The notes below the pieces were generated by a model. That model saw only the letters and a program-made list of their open reading frames with translations, was not told the DNA's origin and made no database searches. A stretch of DNA of 59,725 bases, from positions 1 to 59,725 of the forward strand of contig JAHFUI010000003.1 in assembly GCA_023265175.1 (NCBI GenBank). The letters run 5' to 3'. The translations under genes were made by a program, and so were the position numbers. This stretch comes from Acidobacteriota bacterium. Its GTDB lineage: Bacteria; Acidobacteriota; Vicinamibacteria; Vicinamibacterales; CAVVIG01. Positions 1-11,577 of this stretch are shown here, piece after piece; within the stretch, counting starts at the first letter, position 1, and every line of letters begins with the position of its first letter.

Positions 1-130
1 CGCGATGCCGCCTGAGCATGCCAGCGACTTTCCTCGCCGGGTGGAGCCGCGAACGAGTGGCCCACGGACGATAGGGACGATAGGCGGCATTGTCAAGTGA
101 TCAGTCCGGAAGTGAGTGCATGAACCACGG

Positions 131-1000
131 TCAGAACGTGCCCTTCGTTTCGACCATCGCCTTGCCGGCGATGTATCCGAGGACCAGCGTGAGCGCCACG
201 CCGATCGCGCCGGAGGGCAGACCGCTCCAGTGGCCGCTGCCGAAGATGAATGCGCTGGCAACGAGGGCGTGCTGCGTTCCGAATTGCGGCCGGATGGCCG
301 GGATAAGCGCGTTGCGGTAGAGAAACTCTTCGGTGAACGCATTGAGCGAGCCGAACACGACGGCCCAGGGCGCCATCACAAACGACCGCGGCAGCGACGG
401 GTTGGCCGGGCTTACCACGAGCCAGACGGAGAGTGCGCCAATCGCTCCAACGACCGGTCCGGCAACAGTCCAGCGTACCGGCAGACTTTGAATCCAGATC
501 CACGCGGGCTCGACCGTCGCCGATAGATTCCCGATGCGGAAATAGAATCAATCCCGCTGCCGGAGGAACCACACGATGGCTGGAGCCAGCATTGCGAACG
601 TCACGGCTTTCAGGAGCAACGTGCTGCCGACGAAGCCGTCTCGCGCGACAAGAGCCTGATAGAAATTGGAGTCGCTGATCGCTCTGAGCACGGCGACCAC
701 AATCAACTGGAAGCCATACGCCAGGCAGAATGCCCGCAACGTGCGAGCACTTGCATCGATGACGCCGATGGCCAGCACGGCGGCAAGTACGCCGATTCTG
801 AACCAGAGCAGCGAGCCAGGCACGGCTCCGGCCGAAAGCTGGAGCACGAGCTCGCTACTCGGCGACACGACGGCGACGAGCGCCCAGAGCGCGAGGGTCG
901 CGGCGCGCTCGTGAGGCGCGCCCTCACGCGGTCTGTTGTCCACAGCCAGCATTGAGACCCTGCATTTCGGCGACGTTCGAGGTGACGAGGGTCGCGCCAC
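131..1000 (-). pseudogene. CPBP family intramembrane glutamic endopeptidase (CAAX-protease-like) whose single reading frame is broken by an in-frame TGA at 548-550
   Basis: ORFs 548-1000 and 131-418 share one frame (1000-418=582=3x194). Hand translation of 419-547 is stop-free and hydrophobic (FYFRIGNLSATVEPAWIWIQSLPVRWTVAGPVVGAIGALSVWL). The downstream part carries CPBP motifs EEFLYR (EExxxR) and FIFGSGH (FxxxH). The 289-codon total fits the family. Confidence 0.6.
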
Positions 1001-1079
1001 GACGTCGCGTGTTCGCCGTGCCAGCGGCTTCGTCCTATCGCCGCGGGGTGTGCTGGCAACTGGTTTTCACGCCGGAAAT

Positions 1080-1982
1080 TCAATTCTCTTCCGGCGGCTC
1101 GATATGATCGATGACCATCACGTCCATGGAAAGCTTTTTCGGCTCCAGCTTCAGACCGAGTTGCTCCTGAACCGCCGTGTACAGGGACGGCCCGTTCGCG
1201 TCGACGCCACCGATTGGGGGTGGCGCTCCCGGATCCGGCCGCGACGCGAGTGCCGAGGCGGAGAGCGCGTCGGGCGTGTAGGTCAGGTCGATGTCGTACC
1301 CGCCTGTCAAGCCGGTCTGGTCGATCACCTGGCGGCCGCCGGTCGTCAGCGAGAGCACGGCCGTGAAGGCGTTCATGTTGAATCCGGCGGCGACAATGTG
1401 GCCCGGCCCCGACGGGATGATGCCGCAGGCGGGCCGCTCGCCTGGCTGTGGCGGCGTCAGCGTGTTCCGTGGCGCTGCGCCGAGCACGGCGCAGTCGGTG
1501 GCCGATTGCTTCAGGCGCGGCCCCAGCGTTCCGTCTTTCTTCGCGAGCACGAGCATGAAGACATCGAGGTCGCGCATCTCATGGTGGAAGGCCAGCTTGA
1601 AGCGCTCGACGAGCAGCGGCTGCAACATGGTCTGGAGCTGCTGGAACGAGAAGATGGGGTCGGCCTTCGCGACGATGTCCACGCGCATGGTGTTGACCCA
1701 TCCGGGCACGTTGACGAGCTGGTTCGCCCGTATCCGGTAGGCCGACTGGATGATGCCGCGCAGCTGCATGTTCGTGACCGAGATGCGGCCGCCGGCGCCA
1801 CCCAACTGCGTCTGCGTGCCCCCAGACTTATTGATTTTCACGGTCGCGACTTCGAACTCCGGAATGCGATCCGTCGAAGTGGCGGGTGCCGCTTGGGCCG
1901 CGAGCGGCGGAGCCGTTGATGCCGTCAGGGAGATGGCCATCACGAGCGCGATGATCGCCAGCGGTCTCTTCATACTCGACAC
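1080..1982 (-). CDS. TIGR03435 family secreted protein (Acidobacteria-typical)
   Basis: 300-aa ORF with a signal peptide (MKRPLAIIALVMAISLTASTA). It has the PEFEVATVK...ISVTNMQLRGIIQSAY block and the C-terminal EQLGLKLEP...VMVIDHIE block typical of this family. Confidence 0.8.
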   Translation of the reverse strand: MSSMKRPLAIIALVMAISLTASTAPPLAAQAAPATSTDRIPEFEVATVKINKSGGTQTQLGGAGGRISVTNMQLRGIIQSAYRIRANQLVNVPGWVNTMRVDIVAKADPIFSFQQLQTMLQPLLVERFKLAFHHEMRDLDVFMLVLAKKDGTLGPRLKQSATDCAVLGAAPRNTLTPPQPGERPACGIIPSGPGHIVAAGFNMNAFTAVLSLTTGGRQVIDQTGLTGGYDIDLTYTPDALSASALASRPDPGAPPPIGGVDANGPSLYTAVQEQLGLKLEPKKLSMDVMVIDHIEPPEEN

Positions 1983-2115
1983 ACCTTCATCATGCCTGCG
2001 AGCCGCCTCTTCTCGACAGCGCGGCGCTCGTTCTCAACCTTAGACGCGCCAGTCCTGACAGAAGATCCTCGACCGGAAGAACGCCATTCTCGGACGCTCG
2101 CCGTGCAGTAACATC

Positions 2116-2964
2116 ATGACCATGAAAATGCGTACCAGCGCCGCTCTCACACTCACTCTCGCGGTCATCGTCGCGCCGTCGCTCTCGGCGCAGTGGCCCG
2201 CGTATGTTCCACCCGGAGTGCCGAAGGCGGCCGACGGCAAACCGAATCTGGACGCGCCCACGCCCCTCATGGCCGACGGCAAGCCGGACTTCTCCGGCAT
2301 CTGGGAAAACCGCGCCCCTGGGGGCGGTGGAGGCGGAAGACGAGGCGCGCCGCCGGCACTGCCGGCCGACGGCACGCCGCCGCTCGCGAGCTTCTTCAAC
2401 GTCGGTGCCGGCTTCACCGACGGCCTGCCGTTTCAGCCGTGGGCCAAGGTGCTCCTCGACCAGCGCCGCGCCGACAACGACAAGGACAACCCCGACGCCC
2501 ACTGCCTGCCGATGGGCCTGCTCCAGTTTCACGAGCATATTCAGCCGCGCAAGATCGTCCAGACGAAGGACCTGATCGTCATTATCTACGAAGCAAATTA
2601 CGGCCTGCGTCAGATCTTCATGGACGGCCGTCCGCTGCCGAACAACGACCCGACGCCGTGGTGGTACGGCTACTCGGTCGGCCACTGGGAAGGCGACACG
2701 CTCGTGGTCGAGACGACGAACCTGCGCGACGGCGGGTGGCTCGACATCTGGGGCAGCCCGCTCACCGATAAGGCGAAGATTACCGAGCGGTTCCGCCGGA
2801 CGAATTACGGCACGCTCGTCATCGACGTCACGATCGACGATCCGAAAGCGTACACGAAGCCGTTCACGGTGCGCTTCAACCAGCGTCTGGCACCGTCAGA
2901 CGAGCTGATTGAATTCATCTGCAACGAGAACGAACGCTCCGACGCGCACCTGGTCGGCAGGTAA
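2116..2964 (+). CDS. secreted hypothetical protein
   Basis: 282-aa ORF with a clear signal peptide (MRTSAALTLTLAVIVAPSLSAQ), a Gly/Pro-rich linker and normal high GC3. No family recognised. Confidence 0.6.
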   Translation: MTMKMRTSAALTLTLAVIVAPSLSAQWPAYVPPGVPKAADGKPNLDAPTPLMADGKPDFSGIWENRAPGGGGGGRRGAPPALPADGTPPLASFFNVGAGFTDGLPFQPWAKVLLDQRRADNDKDNPDAHCLPMGLLQFHEHIQPRKIVQTKDLIVIIYEANYGLRQIFMDGRPLPNNDPTPWWYGYSVGHWEGDTLVVETTNLRDGGWLDIWGSPLTDKAKITERFRRTNYGTLVIDVTIDDPKAYTKPFTVRFNQRLAPSDELIEFICNENERSDAHLVGR

Positions 2965-2977
2965 GGACCCGTCCTAA

Positions 2978-3631
2978 CTATGCCCGCGCCAGGCCTCGAT
3001 CGATGAAGTCGGTGACTTGCGCCCAGGTCTCCGGCTCCATCTGATAGAGCGACGCGACGTAACGCTTCAGTCTGGGCGGCCAAGTCCGGCGCCCGGCCCA
3101 CACGCATTTCATCCGTGTCTTCACCGCTTCGTCGCCCTCGGTCTCGTCGTCGATGATGGCGCGCCAACGCGCGATGAGCGCCCGAGCGCGGTCAGTCGTC
3201 ACGTCCTCGTCCAGTGCGGCCGCGATGTCGCGGTAGAGCGTGACGCGCGATTCGTAGAACCGATCGGGCGCCCGCTCGATGCCGGCGCTCGCGGCCTGCC
3301 GTCTGGCTTCGTACAGCTCCCAGTCGGTGGCGGCAATGGCGCGATCCAGGCGCTCGCGTTGTCCTTCGAGCGTCCGGCGCTGCGCAGCCATCGCGGCAGC
3401 ACGCACCGCCGCGCCGCTGTCGAGCAGCCGTTTGACTTGCCGGAGCGGCAAGCCGATGAACTTGAGCGCCATGATCTGCTCGAGGCGCTCCTGATCGCTC
3501 GACGCATACAGCCGGTAGCCTGCGTGCGTACGTCGCGGCTTCAGCAGTCCCAGCCGGTCGTAGTAGTGAAGCGCCTTGACCGTGACGCCGGTCAGCCTGG
3601 CGAATTCCTGTACCTGATACAGCTTGCTCAC
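2978..3631 (-). CDS. MerR family transcriptional regulator with TipAS-like C-terminal domain
   Basis: HTH block YQVQEFARLTGVTVKALHYYDRLGLLKP. I place the start at GTG 3629-3631, which is preceded by GGAGG. The longer ORF to 3748 has an Arg/Trp-rich non-native-looking N-terminus. Confidence 0.8.
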   Translation of the reverse strand: MSKLYQVQEFARLTGVTVKALHYYDRLGLLKPRRTHAGYRLYASSDQERLEQIMALKFIGLPLRQVKRLLDSGAAVRAAAMAAQRRTLEGQRERLDRAIAATDWELYEARRQAASAGIERAPDRFYESRVTLYRDIAAALDEDVTTDRARALIARWRAIIDDETEGDEAVKTRMKCVWAGRRTWPPRLKRYVASLYQMEPETWAQVTDFIDRGLARA

Positions 3632-3793
3632 GCGGCCTCCGCTCACACGCGATCGTGCGGCCTGACCTTGGGGGAGAGTCCAGCGCGCCCATGGCCGGGA
3701 CGCCGCTACGGGCCGAGTGGCCTGGAGGTACACGAACGTGGTCGTCACAGACTCCGTGCCGGACGACAGGGACGAGACGATCGAATGACGTTC

Positions 3794-4246
3794 CTATGGA
3801 TGGACGACGGCGACTGCCCACGCGACGGGGCCCAACTGGCTGGTTGCGTCTGATACCTGCACGCAGTAGGAGCCCGCCGCCAGACTGCCCGAGAGCTGCG
3901 CGGTGCTGCCCCCCTGGGCCGTGATAGAGGGGGGAAAAATGGTGCACGTCGTTCCGCTCAGTGTTCCGACGGCCAGACCCATGGTGACCGTCGTGAGCAG
4001 GCTTCCTCCAGGAAGCGTTTCCACGGCGGACGTCAGCGTCACGCTCACTTGCCCGCCACCTTGCCCGACCGCAAAAGATTTGAAATCGCTTTGCAAGACA
4101 CCGTTCACCGGCGGAGGCACGGTCCCCACGAGTATGTCCGTCCCGAGCGTCTGTGATGGGGTGGTCGGCGTCGTGCTACTACTACCGTTGTCGCACGCGA
4201 CCGCTGTCAACGCCAGGAAGAGCGCGATCAGCATGGGACGTTTCAT
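3794..4246 (-). CDS. lipoprotein, function unknown
   Basis: 150-aa ORF with signal peptide plus lipobox (LFLALTAVAC), followed by a Ser/Thr/Gly-rich beta-type sequence. Confidence 0.6.
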   Translation of the reverse strand: MKRPMLIALFLALTAVACDNGSSSTTPTTPSQTLGTDILVGTVPPPVNGVLQSDFKSFAVGQGGGQVSVTLTSAVETLPGGSLLTTVTMGLAVGTLSGTTCTIFPPSITAQGGSTAQLSGSLAAGSYCVQVSDATSQLGPVAWAVAVVHP

Positions 4247-4502
4247 ATGAGCCTCTGGGAACAGGCCAGCTTATGCACTGGTTGTGCCACTCCCGCGTGG
4301 TAATCGCTCGAGCATCGCGATCGCCGCAAAGCGTTGCGTTGATGTCATCGAGCGCACCTGGCGCCACGCTCATGCGCCAACGCAAGGGTGACGCGTGGTC
4401 CCACGGCTGTCACCGGTACAGGTCGGATGTCCGTCTCTCATTGCACCATCCTTGCGAACTGCTGCGAAGAGCAACGACAATGATGGCGAGGGTTGCCCCG
4501 AG

Positions 4503-4928
4503 TCAGATGAAGAGCGCGTCGTCGTCTTCGGCGCGGCGCCGGGCGCGCGCGTTTCGCCGCGCCTCGCGGACGACGTCCATCGCCGTGCGCAGCGCGTGCC
4601 AGAGCGCCTTGCCTTCACGCGCGGGCGCGATGAGGCTGTTCTGAACGGCGGTCAGCGCTTCCTCGATTCTCGTCGGCAGATCAGCGAAGAGGCGATCGAC
4701 GCGCTCGACCTGCGCCGTCGCGAGAGCGACGGCCCGCGCGGCGTCGCGGCCGATCGCGTTCACATGGCCGAAGGCCGGCGCCAGCTCGCGCTCGACTTGA
4801 TCCACGAGTCGATCGACGCGGCGCGCCAGACGGCCGGCGGCAATGAGGACGCCGACCTGCACGATGGCCGTCGCAAGTGTCGCGACCGCGATGACGCCGA
4901 GAAAGACCTCGGACCAGACGCTCATCAC
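4503..4928 (-). CDS. DUF948-like membrane-anchored coiled-coil protein
   Basis: N-terminal TM helix (VFLGVIAVATLATAIVQVGVLIAA) followed by a helical Ala/Arg-rich region. It overlaps the upstream YtxH gene by 4 nt. Confidence 0.5.
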   Translation of the reverse strand: MMSVWSEVFLGVIAVATLATAIVQVGVLIAAGRLARRVDRLVDQVERELAPAFGHVNAIGRDAARAVALATAQVERVDRLFADLPTRIEEALTAVQNSLIAPAREGKALWHALRTAMDVVREARRNARARRRAEDDDALFI

Positions 4929-5206
4929 GTCGTTTCCCGCGACCGGGTCTGTTGATACGCCTCGCGCCCGCGCTCGATGGCGGTCGCCAGCGTCTCGCGC
5001 CCTTCGTTGATCACCTGACGTCCCTTCTCGGCCGCGGCGGTCGCCCGTTCCCGTCCTTCGCGGGCCTTGTCGCCCAGGAATTCGCGGGTCTCACGCCCCG
5101 GCGCCGGCGCATAGAGCAGCGCCACGGCCGCGCCGCTCACCGCGCCCAGCAGGAACGCCAACAGCACGCTCCCCGCACCCGCTCCTTCATCTCTCGCCAT
5201 TGTCAT
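4925..5206 (-). CDS. YtxH domain-containing protein
   Basis: GSVLLAFLLGAVSGAAVALLYAPAPGRETREFL matches the YtxH N-terminal helix plus the APKSG-like motif. Confidence 0.65.
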   Translation of the reverse strand: MTMARDEGAGAGSVLLAFLLGAVSGAAVALLYAPAPGRETREFLGDKAREGRERATAAAEKGRQVINEGRETLATAIERGREAYQQTRSRETT

Positions 5207-5214
5207 GCTCCCTA

Positions 5215-6255
5215 CTAGAAGATGCTGACTTTCACGTTCAAGTATTTCCTCGGATCCTTCCGAATGTCGGCGACCAGCGTCCGCAGATCGGTCACCACGC
5301 CGTTCATGTTCTCATATAATTGCTTATCTTTCAGCAACTGCCCCATCGTGCCCTGACCGTCGTTCAACCGCGTGAGCAGCTGGTCGAACCGGTCGCTCAA
5401 GGAATTGAGCCGGTTGTACAAGGCCGTGTCGGTCATCAGCTTGCCGGCCGTGCCTTCGCCCCGATTCAACTTGCCGGTCAGCTCCTTCAGGTTGGACGTC
5501 GTGTCCGTCAACGCCAAGGCAAACGCGTCGTCTTTCAGCAGCTTGCCGAGGCTGCCTTCGCCGGCATTGATGCGAGTGGTCATCGTCTCGAGATTCTTGA
5601 GCGACGCCTCGAGCGAGTTCGCGATCTTCGGGTCTTTCATAAACCGCCCGATCGATCCCTGACCCTGCTGAATGCCTCGGGTGACCTCGGCGGCCGCCGC
5701 CACGAACTTGTGAAGCTCCACGTACAACTGATCGTCAGTCATCAGCTTGCCGACCGTTCCGCGACCCTGACGGATGTCCTGTACCAGCTTGCTGATCTCC
5801 TGCACCCCCTGATTCGCCTGCGTCGCAAGGTCGGAGAATTGCGCGGGCGCCGGTCCAGCCGGCACGTAGCCCCATTCCGGAATGGAGGTCCCCCGCCGAG
5901 ACAGCGTGATATCCACGGCGCCGGTCCCGAGCAGCGACACCGAGCCGAGGGTGGCGACCGATCCAGTGGTGATGCTGTCGCGCACGCTCCGATTGACCTC
6001 GAAGATCACCTCGACCTGCTCACCGGAGAACTGGACGTCGCTGACAGCGCCGACTTCCTTGCCGGCCACCCGTACAGGCGACCCCGGCTTGAGACCGGCC
6101 ACGTTGCCGAACCGTGTCTTCAACGAGTACCGCTGCCAGAAGAACCCGCGGCCGCCCATCACCATGAAGACCGTGACCGAGGCGACGATGATGGCGACGA
6201 TCGTCAGAACGCCGAGCTTCAGTTCCGACCACGCGAGCGAACGTGTTCGAGGCAT
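5215..6255 (-). CDS. mlaD: MlaD/MCE family substrate-binding protein with five C-terminal 35-aa repeats
   Basis: N-terminal TM helix followed by an MCE fold block (GLKPGSPVRVAGKEVGAVSDV). It is the last gene of the mlaE-mlaF-mlaD order. Confidence 0.85.
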   Translation of the reverse strand: MPRTRSLAWSELKLGVLTIVAIIVASVTVFMVMGGRGFFWQRYSLKTRFGNVAGLKPGSPVRVAGKEVGAVSDVQFSGEQVEVIFEVNRSVRDSITTGSVATLGSVSLLGTGAVDITLSRRGTSIPEWGYVPAGPAPAQFSDLATQANQGVQEISKLVQDIRQGRGTVGKLMTDDQLYVELHKFVAAAAEVTRGIQQGQGSIGRFMKDPKIANSLEASLKNLETMTTRINAGEGSLGKLLKDDAFALALTDTTSNLKELTGKLNRGEGTAGKLMTDTALYNRLNSLSDRFDQLLTRLNDGQGTMGQLLKDKQLYENMNGVVTDLRTLVADIRKDPRKYLNVKVSIF

Positions 6256-6264
6256 AACGGGTCC

Positions 6265-7095
6265 TCAGGACAAAAACGCCTTCAGATACGGATCACTCGA
6301 GCGCCGGAGCTCTTCGGCGTTGCCTTCAAAACAGATGAAGCCGTCTTTGAGCATAATGAACTCGGCTTCGTCCGCCTTTTCCGGCGTGGCCGGCACCACC
6401 CGCACCGCGCCCGACCCGTCGCGCACGGCCATGTGCGTGGCAATGTAGAACGCGTCGCGCAGCTGGTGGGTCACGACGATCGAGGTCACGCCTTCCAGAT
6501 CCCTCAACTTGATGATCTCGTCGTCGACCGTGGTGGCCGTGATCGGATCGAGCCCGGTCGTCGCCTCGTCGTAGAGCAGGATGCCCGGCTTGAAGGCCAT
6601 GGCGCGGGCAATCGCGACGCGGCGGCGCTGCCCGCCAGAGAGCTCCGACGGCATCTTGTAGATGTGCTCGCTCAAACCGATGAACCCGAGCACTTCCTCG
6701 ACGCGCCGATCCACCTGCTCGATCGGCATGTCGGTTTCCTCGAAGTACTTGTAGCCGACGTTTTCCCGGACGGTCAGCGAATCGAACAGCGCGCCTTCCT
6801 GAAAGATCATGCCGAGGTCGGCTCGCACGGACATGAGCTGCCGCTCGGTCATCTGGTCGACGCGCTCCCCGTTCACCCACACGACACCGGCATCCGAGCG
6901 CAGCAGCCCCACGATGATCTTCAAGACCGTCGACTTCCCCGATCCGCTCGCCCCGAGAATGATCTTCGTGTGGCCCTTGATGAGCGTGAAGCTCAGGTCG
7001 TCGAGCACGACCTTCTCGTCGAACGCGAGACGCACGTGGTCGAACACGACGGCCGGCGCGCCGGGTTTCCCGAGGACTTCCCGCGCGGTCGCCAT
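6265..7095 (-). CDS. mlaF: ABC transporter ATP-binding protein MlaF-like
   Basis: Walker A GASGSGKST, signature LSGGQRRRV, Walker B ILLYDEATTGLD. Confidence 0.9.
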   Translation of the reverse strand: MATAREVLGKPGAPAVVFDHVRLAFDEKVVLDDLSFTLIKGHTKIILGASGSGKSTVLKIIVGLLRSDAGVVWVNGERVDQMTERQLMSVRADLGMIFQEGALFDSLTVRENVGYKYFEETDMPIEQVDRRVEEVLGFIGLSEHIYKMPSELSGGQRRRVAIARAMAFKPGILLYDEATTGLDPITATTVDDEIIKLRDLEGVTSIVVTHQLRDAFYIATHMAVRDGSGAVRVVPATPEKADEAEFIMLKDGFICFEGNAEELRRSSDPYLKAFLS

Positions 7096-7868
7096 CAGTA
7101 GATCGTCCAGACCAGAATCTGCGTCACGAAGAAGTCGGCCGCGATCACGGCGACCGATCCCCCGACCACGGCCACGGTCGTCGCCCTGCCGACACCCTGC
7201 GTCCCACCGCTCGTGCGCAGGCCGACGTGACAGGCAATGGTCACGATGAGGAAGCCGAGGACGAACGGCTTGATCAGGCCCTGTTCGATGTCCTGCACGA
7301 ACAGCACGTCGGTCACCGACGACCAGTACAGGCTGCTCGCCACCTGCAGCTGAAACCGGGCCACGACCCAGCCGCCGAAGATCCCGACAAAGTCGGAGAC
7401 GATCGTCAAGACCGGCGCCATGAAAATGCCCGCGAGCATCCGCGGCACCACGAGCTTGCGAACCGGGTCGGTGCCGAGCGCCCGGAGCGCGTTGATCTGA
7501 TCCGTCACGACCATCGAGCCGAGCTCGGCGGCGATGCCCGACCCGATGCGGCCCGTCAGCATGAGCGCCGTCAGCACGGGGCCGAGCTCAATCACCATCG
7601 ACGTGCTCACGAGCCGGCCCACCACCGGCCGCGCACCGAACTGGTCAAGCGTCAGGCCGGTCTGCGACGCCAGCGCCGCACCGGTGAAGAGCCCCGTCAG
7701 GAGCACCACCGTCAGCGATCCCCAGCCAAGCGCGTCGAACTGCTCGATGATGTCGTGGCCGTAGATCGGGGGCGTGACGATGCCTCGGAACGCCGCGCCG
7801 ACGAGGCGGACGTACTCCTGCACCTCGAGCGCGGCTTTCTTCAACCACTCTTCGATCGCGTGCAACAC
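7095..7868 (-). CDS. mlaE: MlaE family ABC permease
   Basis: Multi-pass permease with typical MlaE blocks (QFDALGWGSLTVVLLTG, INALRALGTDPVRKLV). I place the start at GTG 7866-7868, 5 nt after the uvrB stop. The ORF extension to 8012 overlaps uvrB and is Gly/Ala/Arg junk. Confidence 0.85.
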   Translation of the reverse strand: MLHAIEEWLKKAALEVQEYVRLVGAAFRGIVTPPIYGHDIIEQFDALGWGSLTVVLLTGLFTGAALASQTGLTLDQFGARPVVGRLVSTSMVIELGPVLTALMLTGRIGSGIAAELGSMVVTDQINALRALGTDPVRKLVVPRMLAGIFMAPVLTIVSDFVGIFGGWVVARFQLQVASSLYWSSVTDVLFVQDIEQGLIKPFVLGFLIVTIACHVGLRTSGGTQGVGRATTVAVVGGSVAVIAADFFVTQILVWTIY

Positions 7869-7873
7869 GCGCG

Positions 7874-9892
<2,019 letters not shown>

Positions 9893-10035
9893 GTGAACTT
9901 GCCATCGTACTACAGCCACCGTTTGGCAAGGAGATGCGAGCAGACTGGAGGTTGAGAGGCCAGAGGCCAGCGCCGCGGGCTCGGCGCTCGATCGGCTGAC
10001 ATCTTCCATCTGGAGCTCAGCGGCGGACTTCGATT

Positions 10036-10076
10036 GACCGCGGTCGGCCCCGCGGTCCGGTCGGACCCGACCGCGG
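10036..10076 (-). terminator. GC-rich alternative hairpins downstream of the ABC permease gene (possible terminator, no U-tract)
   Basis: CCGCGGTC occurs at 10038-10045 and 10050-10057, and its complement GACCGCGG at 10069-10076. GACCGCGGTC (10036-10045) is itself a palindrome. The site lies 20-60 nt after the stop at 10096. Confidence 0.3.
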
Positions 10077-10095
10077 CATTGCGCGCGGAATAAGG

Positions 10096-11577
10096 CTAGA
10101 ACAATGACAGCCGAGAGAGCGCAGCCGCGCTGGCGAGCAGCGTGACGCCGATCGTCACGCAGAAGACCATCCAGATCACCTGCGTCCACACCCGAGCGGC
10201 GGTGCGATCGGCCGACTGATGATTCGTCAGCGCGAGACGAAGCACCATCACGAGGAAGCCGACCGAGAGAAGGAGCCGCAGCCAACCCATCAGACGGAGT
10301 TGGGTCGTCCTGATGGCGACTGGCGCCGCCACACCGCTGAACTGACGCGAGATGATCGCGAACACCGCGGCCCCCGGATATTCGAACAGGAATTCGAGAA
10401 ACAGCACGGCCACAACGATTGCCGGCAGCGACACGAGCAACGCCCGGAGTCCGCTGGTGTTGAGAGAAGAAACATAGAGGCTGCCGATCGTGAGCACGGC
10501 CACGGCGGCCGCGGGCTCCGGCCGGACGAAGCGTCCCATGTCCAGCGCGGGATTGGCGAACGCCAGCATCGCCGGTACGCCGAACGCCAGCAGCAGCGCC
10601 AGGGCGAGCACCGTTCCGACCTTCACGGCCCACTGCTTCCAGGCCGCGACGGGCAGGAGCAGCTGCCACTCGAGCGTGCCGAGCTGCCGTTCGTCGGCGC
10701 TGGCAAGCGAGCCAATCAGCATCGAGAGCATGGCGCCGTAGAAGACCGTGAGCACGTTGAACGCATCGTCCACATCGTGGACGCGAGGTCTCACGAGCGT
10801 GAGCCAGCCGACCAGATAGAGTCCAGCCACCACCGGCGCCATCTGCTGCAGGTGAATTTCCTTCCTGACGAGCAACCAGATGCGATGCTGTTTCGTGACG
10901 GATACGATCTCGCTCGCCGTGAATCGCACGCGCAGCCACTGAGGCAGGCGCACATCCGGACCGCGACCGTCAATCGCCTCGAGCCGCATGAACATGCGCC
11001 AGCTCATGACGGCTCCGATCGCGCACAGGACCAGCATTCCGCGCCACAGCACGGCCATCTCGAAGTCCGTCGAGGGCTCGCGCCCGTATGCCACGACGTA
11101 CAGCCGTTGGCTCACCGTCACCAACACACCCGGCACCGCGATGGTGAAGACGGTGCCGGCGATCGGGCTGCGGCACACCATCGTGAGCCACGGCGCAACG
11201 AACAGACCGCCGAGCATCGGTAGCAGGGCAAACGCCAGCCTCTGCGACGGCGCGAGAACATGGGGGAAGGCGACGCCCGCGACCTGACCCAGGGCCAGCA
11301 GCATGGCGGCGAGCACGCCCAGTTTCACGAGAAGAAGACGTTGGCGCCGCGCCGGTTGCGAGAGCAACAGGCTGACGGTTCGGTGACTGTACTCGTGGCC
11401 AATGGACAGCGCGCCGAGCGCCGCCGCTCCGAGGAAGTACGCGGCAATCACCAACCCGTTGTATCGCCGGAACACGATGGCGGCGACCATCGCGACGACA
11501 GACGCCAGAAAGCCGAGCGACAGCGCCCCAATCTCCTTCGTGATGGAGTGAAACGCAAACTGCGCGGAGGGCGTCAT
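10096..11577 (-). CDS. multi-pass membrane protein, probable permease partner of the adjacent ABC ATPase
   Basis: 493-aa ORF with about 12 hydrophobic segments. It overlaps the upstream ATPase gene by 4 nt. Confidence 0.6.
   Translation of the reverse strand: MTPSAQFAFHSITKEIGALSLGFLASVVAMVAAIVFRRYNGLVIAAYFLGAAALGALSIGHEYSHRTVSLLLSQPARRQRLLLVKLGVLAAMLLALGQVAGVAFPHVLAPSQRLAFALLPMLGGLFVAPWLTMVCRSPIAGTVFTIAVPGVLVTVSQRLYVVAYGREPSTDFEMAVLWRGMLVLCAIGAVMSWRMFMRLEAIDGRGPDVRLPQWLRVRFTASEIVSVTKQHRIWLLVRKEIHLQQMAPVVAGLYLVGWLTLVRPRVHDVDDAFNVLTVFYGAMLSMLIGSLASADERQLGTLEWQLLLPVAAWKQWAVKVGTVLALALLLAFGVPAMLAFANPALDMGRFVRPEPAAAVAVLTIGSLYVSSLNTSGLRALLVSLPAIVVAVLFLEFLFEYPGAAVFAIISRQFSGVAAPVAIRTTQLRLMGWLRLLLSVGFLVMVLRLALTNHQSADRTAARVWTQVIWMVFCVTIGVTLLASAAALSRLSLF

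Noticed and set aside
530-550. A selenocysteine reading of the in-frame TGA in the CPBP gene, based on a small downstream hairpin.
   Set aside because: The hairpin is only about 5 bp and lacks recognisable SECIS features. CPBP proteases are not known selenoproteins. Nonsense mutation, sequencing error or read-through are more likely.
5320-7101. A 593-aa plus-strand ORF. Similar long antisense ORFs occur at 8456-9955, 22287-23642, 25179-26180, 27031-28599, 31263-32447, 39693-40883, 47082-48299 and 14173-15201.
   Set aside because: Each lies antisense to a gene with unmistakable conserved motifs (mlaFD, uvrB, corA, ppdK, glyS, CNNM, pirin, Fe-S oxidoreductase, DHH). They have Arg/His/Asp-rich low-complexity translations typical of the reverse frame of high-GC genes.
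9893-10939. A 349-aa N-terminal extension of the uvrB ORF (the ORF track gives 1021 aa).
   Set aside because: The extension is Arg/Ala/Gly-rich, overlaps the convincing permease gene on the same strand in another frame, and UvrB homology starts at MPSMYDRF (9892). It is the stop-poor GC-rich frame artefact.
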